Assembly: GCA_963977445.1 (NCBI GenBank)
Contig: CAXBPH010000089.1
Location: forward strand, 1-23,810
DNA: 23,810 bases
Reading direction: 5' to 3'
Origin: an uncultured bacterium
GTDB taxonomy: Bacteria > Hydrogenedentota > Hydrogenedentia > Hydrogenedentales > JAEUWI01
The notes under the pieces are model-generated. The model searched no databases. It was not told the DNA's origin and saw only the letters and a program-made list of their open reading frames with translations. Within the stretch, counting starts at the first letter, position 1, and each line of letters starts with the position of its first letter. The translations under genes were made by a program, and so were the position numbers. Positions 1-10,100 of the stretch are shown in pieces.

Positions 1-249
1 TATTTTCTTCCGGGGGTGTTGCAAAGGCAATGGGTATAAACCTAAGGGTACGCCCAACTGCTCTTCTCGACACAATCTTCGTCCCCCCAGCCCATTATCG
101 CCTATCATTTAACCCCTCCACGTTTCCCTCCCACCCAGCTTGGCCTGTATTCACAAGGGAAACATCCTTGGCAACGTTTCTGCCGCTGTTTCCACGGGCA
201 GAATCTCCTTACGAGCGCCGGACAAACCCGGCAAACAAAGGAGAAATAT

Positions 250-2526
250 ATGAGCAAAGAAATCACCCGATACCCTGAATTACCGACCTCAACAGAAACT
301 GAGATCACAACCGTTCAGGAACCCATTTCTGAACGCGATTCATTCATTGATTTGGCAGCGCGCCAAGAATGGCGACTCATCCGTCTTCAGGGGAAGAAAC
401 CGCAGGACATGGGGTGGCAAAATTCCCCCGGCTTGTCACGACAAGAAGCACTGAACCACCCCGGTAACCTCGGCATAGTCTGTGGCGAAAACTCGAACAG
501 GCTATTCGTCGTGGATATCGACGGAGAAATTCCCGAGGATCTCCCAGACACCCCCACTGTCATTACAGGCAGTGGCGCCCTACATATGTACTATCAACTT
601 CCTGAGGACATAACGTTGCTCAAGGCCAATAAAGTGGACCATGTCGCGAACAAAGTGGACACACGCTGGACTGGAGGTCAGGTTGTTTCCCCCGGTTCAA
701 CACACCCAGAAACAGGAAGGGAGTACAGTTGGATGCCTGGGAGGTCGCCCGATGATTTGCCCTTTGCCGAGGTACCGGAGTGGATTCTAATTGCGCTCCA
801 ATTGCCAAAAGAACCAAAGGGAGAGAGCAAAGCAGACGAACCCCGCTTAATGCCGGTCGAGGGTAGAGCCAAGCTCATTCAATCTTCGGCAGAACAGGTG
901 CGCAATGCAATATCCGGTACGCGCAATCATACGCTGAATACCAAGTCCTATACCCTAGCAGGAATCCCATTGATACCCGACGATGTAATTTGCCAGGTCT
1001 TGGTTCCCGCAGCAATTGAGGCGGGTCTTCCTGAATCTGAGGTGAGAGCCACGATAGCATCCGGTATCAGAGCGGGCAGGTTGGCTCCAATGCCCGCAAC
1101 TTCGTACGTGCCAACACAGGATGCCACCATCTCCATGGATTCCGTGGAGGCATTCCAGCTACGACGTTGTACAGATGTGTCGAATGGCATACGCTTCGAG
1201 CTGAAGAACACGGGTACCATCATGCATTCTGATTCAATGGGATGGCTCTGTTGGGATGAAAAGCGTTTCGCAGTCGATCCAAAAGGTGCGCGGGAGGCGG
1301 CTAAAGAGACTTCTGAAGACATCACTGACGAAATAAAACCACTCGCAGAGAAGATGGATTTACGCGACAGAGACGCCGCTGATCGCTTTCAAAAGTGTGT
1401 CGAACTCCTGAACAAATGGGCCAAGACATCCGCCAGCACAAAAGGCATAGACAATATCCTGAAGGAGGCCAAGACCACGCCGGGCATCAACGCAAACGCA
1501 CGGGAGTTCGACGCGAACCCTTGGCTTCTAAACTGTCAGAACGGAACCATTGACCTTCGTAGTGGTGAGCTACTGCCCCACACCCCGGAACATGGGATAA
1601 CCAAACTCGCTCCGATTGATTACAATCCCGATGCCGTGTGTCCGCGATGGGATCAATTCCTGTTGGAAATCTTCGAGGGAGACCTGGAAATCGTGGAGTA
1701 TGTTCGTCGGGCACTGGGATATTCCCTGTCTGGAGATACTTCATGGCAAGTCTGGTTCCTATTGCATGGCAATGGTGAAAACGGAAAATCACGTTTTGTG
1801 GAGGTCCTGCGAACGGTATTGGGGCTGGATTACTGTCACGAGATAGACCCAGAGGAGTTGTGCCAGCAACAGTGGTCCAAGCATTCAACCGAGCGTGCTG
1901 CATTGCGTGGTGCAAGGTATCTCACATCGGAGGAAACCGACGAAGGCCGGCAACTGGCGGAATCATTTATCAAGGCACTCACGGGGCAGGGAAAGCTTCG
2001 AGCCCGGTTCATGCGTCAGGATTCATTCGAATTTGAACCTGTTTGCAAGCTCTGGTTGAGTACCAATAACAAACCCGTGGTGAAGGACAGCTCCCACGGT
2101 TTTTGGCGGCGGGTACGGTTGATTCCTTTCAACGCCTGCTTCGCCGACGCCCCAAATAAGGACCCGAAACTCAGCGACAAGCTGAAAGCTGAGGCACCCG
2201 GTATTCTGGCTCAATTGGTGAAATATGCCAAGATAGCCCATGTGGATGGCGAAGGAGCAATCCCTGAGCAGATGCTGGCCGCAGGCGAAAAATACCGGGG
2301 CGACTCCGACATACTGGGCATGTTCCTTGACGAACATACAGAAGAAGACCCATATGGCAGCATTCTGAAACGCGATCTGTACCAGCGCTACTCCGACGAG
2401 AATGCCGGGAAGTGCGACAAGCCAAGGAAGTTCAACGACCGATTGAAGGCTCGTGGTATCCCAAGTGGCCATACCCGAGAAGGGGCTACATGGGAAGGCC
2501 TGGCTATCAAGGACGTTTTCTCGTGA
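250..2526 (+). CDS. Phage/plasmid primase-helicase: N-terminal bifunctional primase-polymerase (Prim-Pol), then D5_N, SF3 (P4/D5-family) helicase and probable C-terminal winged helix
   Basis: 758-aa ORF with RBS AAAGGAG upstream. Prim-Pol motifs: GKKP..W, NLGIVCG, VVDID, TGSGALHMYY, DTRWTGGQVVSPGSTH. D5_N-like LLNCQNGTIDL. Walker A GNGENGKS. SF3 motifs IKALTG, ARFMRQD, STNNKP, GFWRRVRLIPF. Confidence 0.93.
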   Translation: MSKEITRYPELPTSTETEITTVQEPISERDSFIDLAARQEWRLIRLQGKKPQDMGWQNSPGLSRQEALNHPGNLGIVCGENSNRLFVVDIDGEIPEDLPDTPTVITGSGALHMYYQLPEDITLLKANKVDHVANKVDTRWTGGQVVSPGSTHPETGREYSWMPGRSPDDLPFAEVPEWILIALQLPKEPKGESKADEPRLMPVEGRAKLIQSSAEQVRNAISGTRNHTLNTKSYTLAGIPLIPDDVICQVLVPAAIEAGLPESEVRATIASGIRAGRLAPMPATSYVPTQDATISMDSVEAFQLRRCTDVSNGIRFELKNTGTIMHSDSMGWLCWDEKRFAVDPKGAREAAKETSEDITDEIKPLAEKMDLRDRDAADRFQKCVELLNKWAKTSASTKGIDNILKEAKTTPGINANAREFDANPWLLNCQNGTIDLRSGELLPHTPEHGITKLAPIDYNPDAVCPRWDQFLLEIFEGDLEIVEYVRRALGYSLSGDTSWQVWFLLHGNGENGKSRFVEVLRTVLGLDYCHEIDPEELCQQQWSKHSTERAALRGARYLTSEETDEGRQLAESFIKALTGQGKLRARFMRQDSFEFEPVCKLWLSTNNKPVVKDSSHGFWRRVRLIPFNACFADAPNKDPKLSDKLKAEAPGILAQLVKYAKIAHVDGEGAIPEQMLAAGEKYRGDSDILGMFLDEHTEEDPYGSILKRDLYQRYSDENAGKCDKPRKFNDRLKARGIPSGHTREGATWEGLAIKDVFS

Positions 2527-2574
2527 TGTGACGCTTGTGACGGAGTAAGAGTAAGCCCCCCTATTCGTCTTGGT
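2527..2574 (+). repeat. Half copy (D) of the 88-bp TGTGACG element, starting on the base after the primase stop codon
   Basis: TGTGACG-ct-TGTGACG-GAGTAAGAGTAAGCCCCCCTATT-CGTCTTGGT. Matches the reverse complement of the right half of the 22195 copy at 40/48 positions (manual count). Confidence 0.8.
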
Positions 2575-2630
2575 GGGGGCATCTGGCCTGGGGGGTGGCC
2601 TACCCAGATTGGGGAGGGGGGAACCCAGTC

Positions 2631-2718
2631 TGTGACGGTGGTGACGGAGTGAAAGTATAACACCCTATTTTGACGACCAAATAAGGGATTAAGCTTTTCT
2701 AGCGTCACAACCGTCACA
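2631..2718. repeat. 88-bp iteron-like element, copy A; probable replication origin of the primase-helicase
   Basis: TGTGACG (2631) and GGTGACG (2640) face inverted CGTCACA (2703, 2712) across an AT-richer 56-bp core. It lies just downstream of the primase-helicase gene, like PICI/SaPI origins. Inverted relative to copies B and C. Confidence 0.85.
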
Positions 2719-3141
2719 CTACCGTCTATCATGCGCGCCCCTGGGTAACTCCACTACGGTAGCGGCCAGTAGCCTTTTCCGACGCTTCCTGCCCCTTGAT
2801 TCCGTCCGCCCCCTCTACCTCGGCGCCTCTTCCATTCTGGGGCCATTCACAGCGACTCCAGCCTCCTCGTTCTACCTCGCCCTGGGCTTCCAAAAACTTT
2901 TCAATACGAACAGGACAAATGTATGTAAACAGCGCGAGACGCGTCCGCCAATACAACCATGCCTGAATGAAAACAGCCGCGCCCCAGCGAGACGGGGATG
3001 ATCGACGAAAAATCTTGTTTTCCATCCAGGACAAATTCATAGAAACAGAATGAGGCTCTGCGATTGATTCTTGGCTTGATCAACGTAGAGGGGAATTCAG
3101 AGCCAATAAACGCAGCCAGTGCTGCAGAAAGGATCCGTCAT

Positions 3142-3345
3142 ATGGATGAGGAATTCATTACAGAAGCAGAGCTGGCCCAATGGCTAAAGATCAGTAAATC
3201 CACGCTTCACAAGCTTCGTGAAGATGGGCTACTGCCTTTTCAACTCATTGGATCGTGCATCCGGTATTCCCGGAAAGACCTTGATGACTGGCTACGTCAT
3301 CGAAAATTTAACCAACTGGAAGGAGGACCAGAAGATGTTCCCTAA
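3142..3345 (+). CDS. Excisionase-like helix-turn-helix DNA-binding protein (HTH_17/MerR-like)
   Basis: 67 aa MDEEFITEAELAQWLKISKSTLHKLREDGLLPFQLIGSCIRYSRKDLDDWL, the typical Xis/HTH_17 pattern. RBS GAAAGGA at 3127 favours ATG 3142 over the ORF-track start 3064. Confidence 0.88.
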   Translation: MDEEFITEAELAQWLKISKSTLHKLREDGLLPFQLIGSCIRYSRKDLDDWLRHRKFNQLEGGPEDVP

Positions 3346-3880
3346 AACAAGTAATACCCCAAAAGAAACCGGCAACAACGCCGGGTCCATACCAACTGAA
3401 AAAGGAGAAAACGTTATGGAAAGCACACAGTATACAGACGACGAATTACAGATAATCAGGGACCTTGAGAACATGAAGCTCAACCCCAGTAAAAGCAATG
3501 GAGCACCAGACGAAATCCCTGCCGGAAGCTATCTGGCATCCATTACCAATGCATCCAGATCGATCCATGATGAGGGTCAATACGACATCGTCACCATGGA
3601 AATCAAAGTACAAGCCGAACCGTACTCTGGTCGAATATTGAACAAGGTATACCACCAGAAATCAAGGAAAGCGGTTGGCTTTTTCAAGCGAGAGATGAAA
3701 GAGATTGGATACGACGTTTCCAGCCCTAATGAGTTGGAGAGTCTATGCAAATCACTTGTCGGTACCATCATTGTTGCGGACGTTTTTCCCAGCGAGTCAG
3801 GAAACCAGCAAATTTTCTTGAAGAACGCCAACACCAAGAGGACGGTAACTCCGGTTGATCCCGATTCTCTCTGGGGATAA
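3335..3880 (+). CDS. DUF669-like phage protein (probable OB-fold ssDNA-binding protein)
   Basis: Pattern IPAGSYLASI...IKVQAEPYSGRIL...LVGTIIVADV resembles DUF669. Two RBS-supported starts: AGGAGG->ATG 3335 and AAAGGAG->ATG 3416. Confidence 0.7.
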   Translation: MFPKTSNTPKETGNNAGSIPTEKGENVMESTQYTDDELQIIRDLENMKLNPSKSNGAPDEIPAGSYLASITNASRSIHDEGQYDIVTMEIKVQAEPYSGRILNKVYHQKSRKAVGFFKREMKEIGYDVSSPNELESLCKSLVGTIIVADVFPSESGNQQIFLKNANTKRTVTPVDPDSLWG

Positions 3881-3904
3881 TCCGTATTCTTACAACACCC
3901 ACCT

Positions 3905-3931
3905 GACCAGCTTTCATGCTGGTCTTTTTTT
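3905..3931 (+). terminator. Rho-independent terminator of the replication module
   Basis: GACCAGC-tttcat-GCTGGTC followed by T7, about 25 nt after the 3880 stop. Confidence 0.8.
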
Positions 3932-3966
3932 CTCGTTCCATGGCAAGGACAACCAAAGCTAAGGGG

Positions 3967-5142
3967 TCAAGAGGTTTTGGCCTCTGAATCGGACATACGA
4001 CGACCGATGGGCTTTTCCAACACCTTCAGGATCTCCTCTTTCCTGGACTCGTACTCCAGGAGAATCGATTCGTTTTCTTCTTGAAGTCGCCGGTTTTCCC
4101 GTTGAAGGTCTTCATTCTGTTTCGCAAAGTCCTTGGCCATCTCCATCAACTCTGTTTCACTTTCCTGCCCCGATTCGTGGAAGAGTTCATGGAGTCTTCG
4201 ACGTCTGGCAGTACTGACGATGGCCTCTATGGATACTACGTCACTCGGTCCAAATATCTGGGCACGACGACAACAGGCCCGGACGATCTGCATCGTCACT
4301 TCATCCTTGCCTAATCTACGTATGTCGGTAGGCGTGAAAAATCGATGGCGTTTTTGATCCGCTTGCGAATGGATATTTACTCCGGGCTGGTAAACACGGA
4401 TACCACCATTCCAGGTGGTGAAATCTCCCAGCAATTTCTCAAGTTCGCGGTCTACATTGGTGCTCTCCGCCACGTAAACCTTTGCCGCACCACACAGAAA
4501 GCTAGCCATGGGTTCTTGAAGTACGAGTGGTCGCTCGGTGTCCTGCGACCGGGATATGTAGACCAAGGGGCAGGCGCGAGTAGGACTGAGGACGGAATTC
4601 TTGAAAACATCCAGCCGCTCTTCAAACACATCCACGGGTTGGTCACTCAGTATTTCGTCACCACTGGTGCATTTCCAATGGCGTGAGGTAATTAAGCTCT
4701 GAATAATACCCGGCACAAATGGATTGGGTGGTTCGGGCTCTTCTCCCAGATAGCCTGCCATGGAGAAACGGCTTACGACCACAATTCGAAACGATTTGGG
4801 ATCCAGACTGGATAGAGTCAAATCATGGGTCCATCGACGATAGAAGAATTCGCTACAAGGATGAGAAATTCTGCATCCCCAATACGTGGGTGCCAGGCCC
4901 TCCGTGTTGTAATTCCTGGAAAGGGTTTCAAAAAATGTCTTGGGAGGGCATTCGTCTTTGAACGACCCGCCAAGGAGAAAAGTCTTGGTCTTCAACGTAT
5001 CACGGGGAACGTCCAGCGTGTCCTCTACCCACGTGCGAACGCGCTTGCTTATATCCGGGTATGGATCATCCCAATCACTGTTGACGCACGTCGCGTCAAA
5101 AGCACACCGATAGTGGATAGTTCCGCCATAGACATCACTCAT
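3967..5142 (-). CDS. Hypothetical protein with C-terminal coiled coil
   Basis: 391-aa ORF with globular-looking composition and a heptad-rich end (NEDLQRENRRLQEENE). No family securely recognised. Confidence 0.78.
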   Translation of the reverse strand: MSDVYGGTIHYRCAFDATCVNSDWDDPYPDISKRVRTWVEDTLDVPRDTLKTKTFLLGGSFKDECPPKTFFETLSRNYNTEGLAPTYWGCRISHPCSEFFYRRWTHDLTLSSLDPKSFRIVVVSRFSMAGYLGEEPEPPNPFVPGIIQSLITSRHWKCTSGDEILSDQPVDVFEERLDVFKNSVLSPTRACPLVYISRSQDTERPLVLQEPMASFLCGAAKVYVAESTNVDRELEKLLGDFTTWNGGIRVYQPGVNIHSQADQKRHRFFTPTDIRRLGKDEVTMQIVRACCRRAQIFGPSDVVSIEAIVSTARRRRLHELFHESGQESETELMEMAKDFAKQNEDLQRENRRLQEENESILLEYESRKEEILKVLEKPIGRRMSDSEAKTS

Positions 5143-5277
5143 TTAGATTGTATTCTTTCCGTGTAGATCTTGGTGGTTGGAGTGCCCCGCCGCCCTATTA
5201 TACCATAGCCGATCCAGGGTTCCGAGGCCACAAAACCGGGCCATTTTTAGTTTTTTGGGCATCCATGGTCGACTTCA

Positions 5278-5299
5278 AAAAACCGTATATCCGGTTTTT
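5278..5299. promoter_or_regulatory. Palindromic site AAAAACCG-TATATC-CGGTTTTT (copy 1)
   Basis: 8-bp perfect inverted arms with a 6-bp spacer in a divergent intergenic region. Near-identical to 20925-20946. Confidence 0.55.
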
Positions 5300-5604
5300 C
5301 TCCAATGGCCGACGGTGCTCATAGAGACGGAACATGAGTCCAACCCGCTAAATGGATGTCGGCCTTTACCGAGGGTTATGCGCATAACCTTTGGGCGTCG
5401 TTTTCATCAGAACGCGGGCCCGCTCAACCCCGAATCAAGCACTTGTTTTGCCTGTTTCAGGAGCCCAACAACTATATATATCGATTTATAACCCCCTTAC
5501 CCCATCCCCGGCTCGATTCCCATTCGGCCAAGCCTTGTCCACGCGTCTCACCACTGTTTTCCCCCGTTATACCCCCATTGCAAACTCCCAGAAAGGATCT
5601 CCCC

Positions 5605-6216
5605 ATGCTCATACGAATTTTGTTGAAATTGTCCCTGGTATTTGTCGTTTTTTTCCTGTTGTACACGGGTATTACCTGGATTATTTTTCCCCGGTTCATT
5701 CACAGTGACGTCTCGAAGGTATGTGAAGCGCTGATATCGCCAGAAGCAGTAGTAATGCAACTCAAAGGCCTCAACCAACTGAATTGCGCCCAGTCAACAA
5801 TCCAGACGATTGTCACCACCGAGGATTCGACCAAGTTGCTCGGTTTTCCCATAGGTTCTACCAAGCTGCTGTACATTGGCCTTGGAGAAGTGAGGGCCGG
5901 GATTGACCTATCTGAAACAGATGTCAGTCAGATATCCATATCCGATTCGGTAGAGGTGTACATCCCTCAGGCACGTATATTGGACTCGAAGATCGATATT
6001 TCCCGCTCCTACGTGTATGACGTGCGAGAATCCCGGTTTTTCGCCCCGCCCTCTACCCCGCTACAAACTGAAGCTCAGCAAGAAGCTCTGAAACGGGTTG
6101 AAAAGGCGGCCATTGAAACCGGTTTGCTTGACCTGGCCAATAAAAATGCAGTTCAAATTCTGAAGGAATTCGTGGAAGATATTGTAGACAAAGAGGTTAC
6201 CGTTTTGATTGAATAG
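5605..6216 (+). CDS. DUF4230 domain membrane-anchored protein
   Basis: RBS GAAAGGA then ATG 5605. N-terminal hydrophobic helix; motifs KLLYIGLGEVRAGIDLS, IPQARILDSKID, AIETGLLDLANKNA typical of DUF4230. Confidence 0.85.
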   Translation: MLIRILLKLSLVFVVFFLLYTGITWIIFPRFIHSDVSKVCEALISPEAVVMQLKGLNQLNCAQSTIQTIVTTEDSTKLLGFPIGSTKLLYIGLGEVRAGIDLSETDVSQISISDSVEVYIPQARILDSKIDISRSYVYDVRESRFFAPPSTPLQTEAQQEALKRVEKAAIETGLLDLANKNAVQILKEFVEDIVDKEVTVLIE

Positions 6217-6422
6217 CGCCTGTTGGGGATGGGGGTTGGGGTGCGGGGTACTACCAGCATTTTCTCACCTGTCATTCCGAAAACTGGAATACCATTTTGG
6301 TACCCTCTTACGGTAATCGGAACGAGTGGCACGGATCGGGGACTTTCGATGAGTTACAAGGCGGAGAATATCATTGGTACGCCGGGCCTGCGATTCAAGA
6401 ATTCGTGCGAAACTTTAGTTGT

Positions 6423-7157
6423 TCAAAGCCTCAGGCCCTCAAGCTTCTCTTTCCGGCGCTGCCAATCGGGCATGCAAGTAGCTAACAGTCGATAGAAGGA
6501 AGGGGAGTGATCGGCCACCTTGAGGTGGCAAAGCTCATGGACAATAACGTAGTCAATACATTCCACCGGGGCCTGGACTAGCTCGGAATTGAGTAGTATT
6601 CTTCCTGCCTTGCTGCAACTGCCCCAGCGTGATTTCATTCTACGAATGATAACGGGAGGCCGATTTATCTTAAGGCGGGTCAGCTTCGCCAGGCACAGAT
6701 CGAAGCGCCGTTCAAAAAGGGGGCGCGCATGGGTCTTGTACCATGCCTCCACGTGTCGGCAGACCTCAGCCGAGTCTTTCGGATTCGGAAGCTCTACCCT
6801 CAAGTATCGGCCAAGAAGTTTCACGGAAGGCTCCGCCCCTTTGGCAACTTTCAATCGGTACTGCCGCCCCAAGTAGCGGAAGGTCTCGCCACTTAAGTAC
6901 TGCCGGGGGGTAGGTCGTGGCCGAAATCGCTCGAAATGGTCGAGCTGGCGGATAATCCATGGTGCTCGCCGAAGAACACGTTCGCGCACCACCTCGGTGG
7001 AGGTCCCTTCAGGTGCGGCCACCACTACGCGCATGTCCGGCTTTACGGTGATTCCAATGTGTTTCCGGACTCTAAACTCTACCTGGTACGGAATGGCCAC
7101 ACTGCCGAAGGTGATCGAGTCTGATACGGCGGCACGCAATCTATGCTCCGGACCCAT
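6423..7157 (-). CDS. M48/YgjP-like (DUF45, SprT-type) zinc metallopeptidase associated with type I R-M
   Basis: HExxH motif (YVIVHELCHL), MKSRWGSCS, HSPSFY; directly downstream of hsdR. Start uncertain (ATG 7166 or 7157, or TTG 7139 after GGAG). Confidence 0.9.
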   Translation of the reverse strand: MGPEHRLRAAVSDSITFGSVAIPYQVEFRVRKHIGITVKPDMRVVVAAPEGTSTEVVRERVLRRAPWIIRQLDHFERFRPRPTPRQYLSGETFRYLGRQYRLKVAKGAEPSVKLLGRYLRVELPNPKDSAEVCRHVEAWYKTHARPLFERRFDLCLAKLTRLKINRPPVIIRRMKSRWGSCSKAGRILLNSELVQAPVECIDYVIVHELCHLKVADHSPSFYRLLATCMPDWQRRKEKLEGLRL

Positions 7158-10100
7158 GCCGGGCATGGGCCTTCGCCGCGTTGATGCATCGGTCGAGTAT
7201 GGTGTCGATTTCCTCAAAGGCCAATTCGAAGCCGCCTTCCTCGTGCATGCTGAACAAGAGGTCCTCAATATCCGTCTTCATGCGATTCTGAACGTCCATG
7301 TTGTTCGTCCAGTTCACAATCGCTTGCGTATCAACGATGCCATGGATCCCCACGGCGATATCTGCGGCGAGTTCGCGCGTTTCCGCGTTGTCCTCCAAGT
7401 GTCCTTGCAGGATTTCCCGTACCAGTCCATAGAACGCTTTTGCTGCATCTGAGTGTGCCACACGCTCTGGAACGTCGTCCCCGGTTCGCGTCCGCACCCG
7501 TTCCTCAAGGTCCCTCACCTTTGCTAAATACTCGGCGTCCGTAAGTCGTTTTTTTCGCCAGGCGTCAATCACATCTCGCAGCATCTTCGAAAACTTCTCG
7601 TAGAATGCCGGGTCTTCATCCATGCGCTCGGTGATGGTCTTCTGAGTACGCGACGCAATAGTGTCCGCCTTAGCGGCCTCGCCCACGACCTTTTCCACTT
7701 CTTCGGCAAAGCGCTCACGCTCGAAGATGTTCACCAGTCCTGTGACTTGCTCGACCTCCCCGGCACCGACATGTTGGTCAATAAGCTTTTCGATTCGCGC
7801 ATCGTACTCCGACATGTTTACGGTGTCGGAGTAGCGCCGCTCAACCGAAGTACGCAGTTCCCGGAAGTATTTCGCGTCACGGGTATACTTGGGAATGCGG
7901 ACCGCATGCTGCTCCTGAAACTGGACCGTGCCTAGCGCCAGCTTGAGTGTCCGAAGGTAATCCCCGAGCCGGTGGTAAAAACGATGGCGGACGGAAGGGT
8001 CAAAGAGCAGCTGCTCATACGCCTCCCGATCGTACTTGTTGGTGATACCGTCAAATATTTCCCAGAGGTCGGAGTGCTTCTGCGGCAATTGCTTGGCCAC
8101 TTCGCTCAGGTCCGTTAGCGTCCCTTCCAAGTCCTCGTGCTCGAAATCAGGCATCTTGTCATAGAGCGCAAGCGCCCCGTCCAGATTCGCCAAGACGCCC
8201 TGGTAATCGATGATGTAGCCGAAGTCCTTACCCTCGTGCAGCCGGTTCACCCGTGCAATCGCCTGCAACAAGGTATGCTCCTTCAGGTCCCGGTCGAGGT
8301 AGAGTACCGTGTTCCTCGGTGCGTCGAATCCCGTAAGGAGCTTATCTACGACGATGATAATCTCCGGGTCACCCTCGCCCTTAAAGGAACGGATGATCGT
8401 CTTGTTATAGGCGTCCTCCGTACCATATCGTGCCATCATATCCTTCCAGAAGAGCTGGACCCGCCGGTCGCGGCTGTCGCGCAGTTCTTCCTCGCTTTCT
8501 TCCGTGCTTTCATGGCCTTCACGGTCGTCCGGACCCGAAATGAGCGCTTCGGCGGTCACCATGCCGAACTCTTCCAAATACTTCTTGTACATCAGAGCAA
8601 TGTGCTTTCGCCGCGTCACCAGTTGGGCCTTGAATCCCGTCCCCTTCCAGTTGTCGCGGAAGTGGCAGCTCAGGTCCCAGGCAATGGCCATGACCCTTTG
8701 TTCCGCCCGGCTCACATGGTCCGATGTGGCGAATTTCCGCTTCAGGTCCGCCGCCTGCGCCTTGCTCAGCTTGGCCGTTATCTTTCCAAACCAGGAATCA
8801 ATCGCACCCTCGTTCACCTCCAGGGGCACCATCCGCCCTTCATAGAGCAACGGCACCACCGCCTTGTCTTCCACCGCGTCCCGGATGGTATATACCGGTG
8901 GAACGAAGCCGCCAAACCGTGTCACGGTGCTCTTGTCCTTCTTGGCCAGGGGCGTTCCGGTGAAACCGATGTAACACGCGCTCGGAAGCACCTTCTTCAT
9001 CTTCGCGTGGAAACTGCCATACTGGCTCCGGTGACTCTCGTCCACCAGCACGAACATACTCGGGTCATCCACGCGCATCCCCTTCACGTTCCCCAGCGAC
9101 TCAAATTTGTTGATGATCGTCGTCATAATGCGCGCCTTGCCCTCGTCCAGCAGCCGCGCCAGGTGGGCTGCGGTCTGTGCCTGGGCGGGCTCCATGCCGC
9201 AGTGGGTAAAGGTCCGATGAATCTGGTCATCCAAGTCCGTGCGGTCCGTCACCAGCACGATCCGTTGGTCGTAGAGGGCCGGCTCCAGGGCCAGGGCCTT
9301 CGCCAGCATCACCATCGTCAACGACTTGCCGCTACCCTGCGTGTGCCACACCACCCCGCCGTGCCGTCGCCCGGTGCCATCCTGTTCCCGGACCCGCCGG
9401 AGCAAATGGCGCACGGTGAAATACTGCTGCCATCGCGGAACCTTCTTTTCGCCCGCGTCAAACACCACATAGCGCCGCGCGATATCGAGCAGCCGCTCGG
9501 GACGGCACAGGCCATAGATCAGCCGGTCTTGGTCGGTCACTTCCCGGGCGGCTTCGCCGTATTGTTCAAAGGCTTCCCGTGCCGATGGACCACGGGTGGC
9601 AAACATGGGGTCCTTCTGGGCCGAGGTCAAGGGGCTGTTGATGAGCTCCCGGATGGCACCGTCCTCCTGCTCCTTGCCATTCTGCTCTTTCCACGCCGCC
9701 CAGAACTTCGCCGCCGTGCCCGTCGTGGCATACTTCGCCTGGCCCTCTGCGGGCGCCACGCCCAACAGCAACTGGGTATAGGCGAAGAGCATGGGGATCC
9801 CGTCGTCTTTCTGGTTGCGCACATGCTGGGAAATGGCCTGGTCCACGGGCTCGTCCTGCCCGGACAGCACCGGTCGCTTGCACTCGATGACCGCCAGCGG
9901 AATGCCGTTCACGAAGAGCACCAGGTCTGGGGTATAGCACTCCCGGCTCCCGGCCCGCTCCACGGCGTACTCCTCCGCCACGTGGTACACGTTCCGCTCC
10001 GGCCGTTCCCAGTCGATGTAGCGCAGGGTAAAGCTCTTGGTGTCGCCCAACACGGGCTGTTGGAGGCTCTTACCCAACATCAGCAGGTCATAGACCTTTT

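Noticed and set aside
1..249. Promoter or att site upstream of the primase
   Set aside because: TTGCAA and TATAAA are only 10 nt apart; no tRNA fragment or att-like repeat was found in the window.
2527..2718. TGTGACG repeats as a CRISPR array or as VTVVT/CDGCD peptides (ORFs 2388-2732, 22261-22539, 23324-23617)
   Set aside because: No regular repeat-spacer periodicity and no cas genes. The peptides are just translations of the DNA motif.
2911..3104. CAGGACAAAT twice and GGCTCTG/CAGAGCC inverted pair as a P4 CI-like regulatory RNA
   Set aside because: Matches are too short to distinguish from chance without covariation data.
5356..5604. N-terminal extension of the DUF4230 ORF
   Set aside because: Pro-rich intergenic read-through; the RBS and signal-anchor indicate ATG 5605.
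5556..6280. FSPVIP translated at both ~5557 and ~6262
   Set aside because: Only weak nucleotide similarity over 18 nt in pyrimidine-rich intergenic DNA; probably chance.
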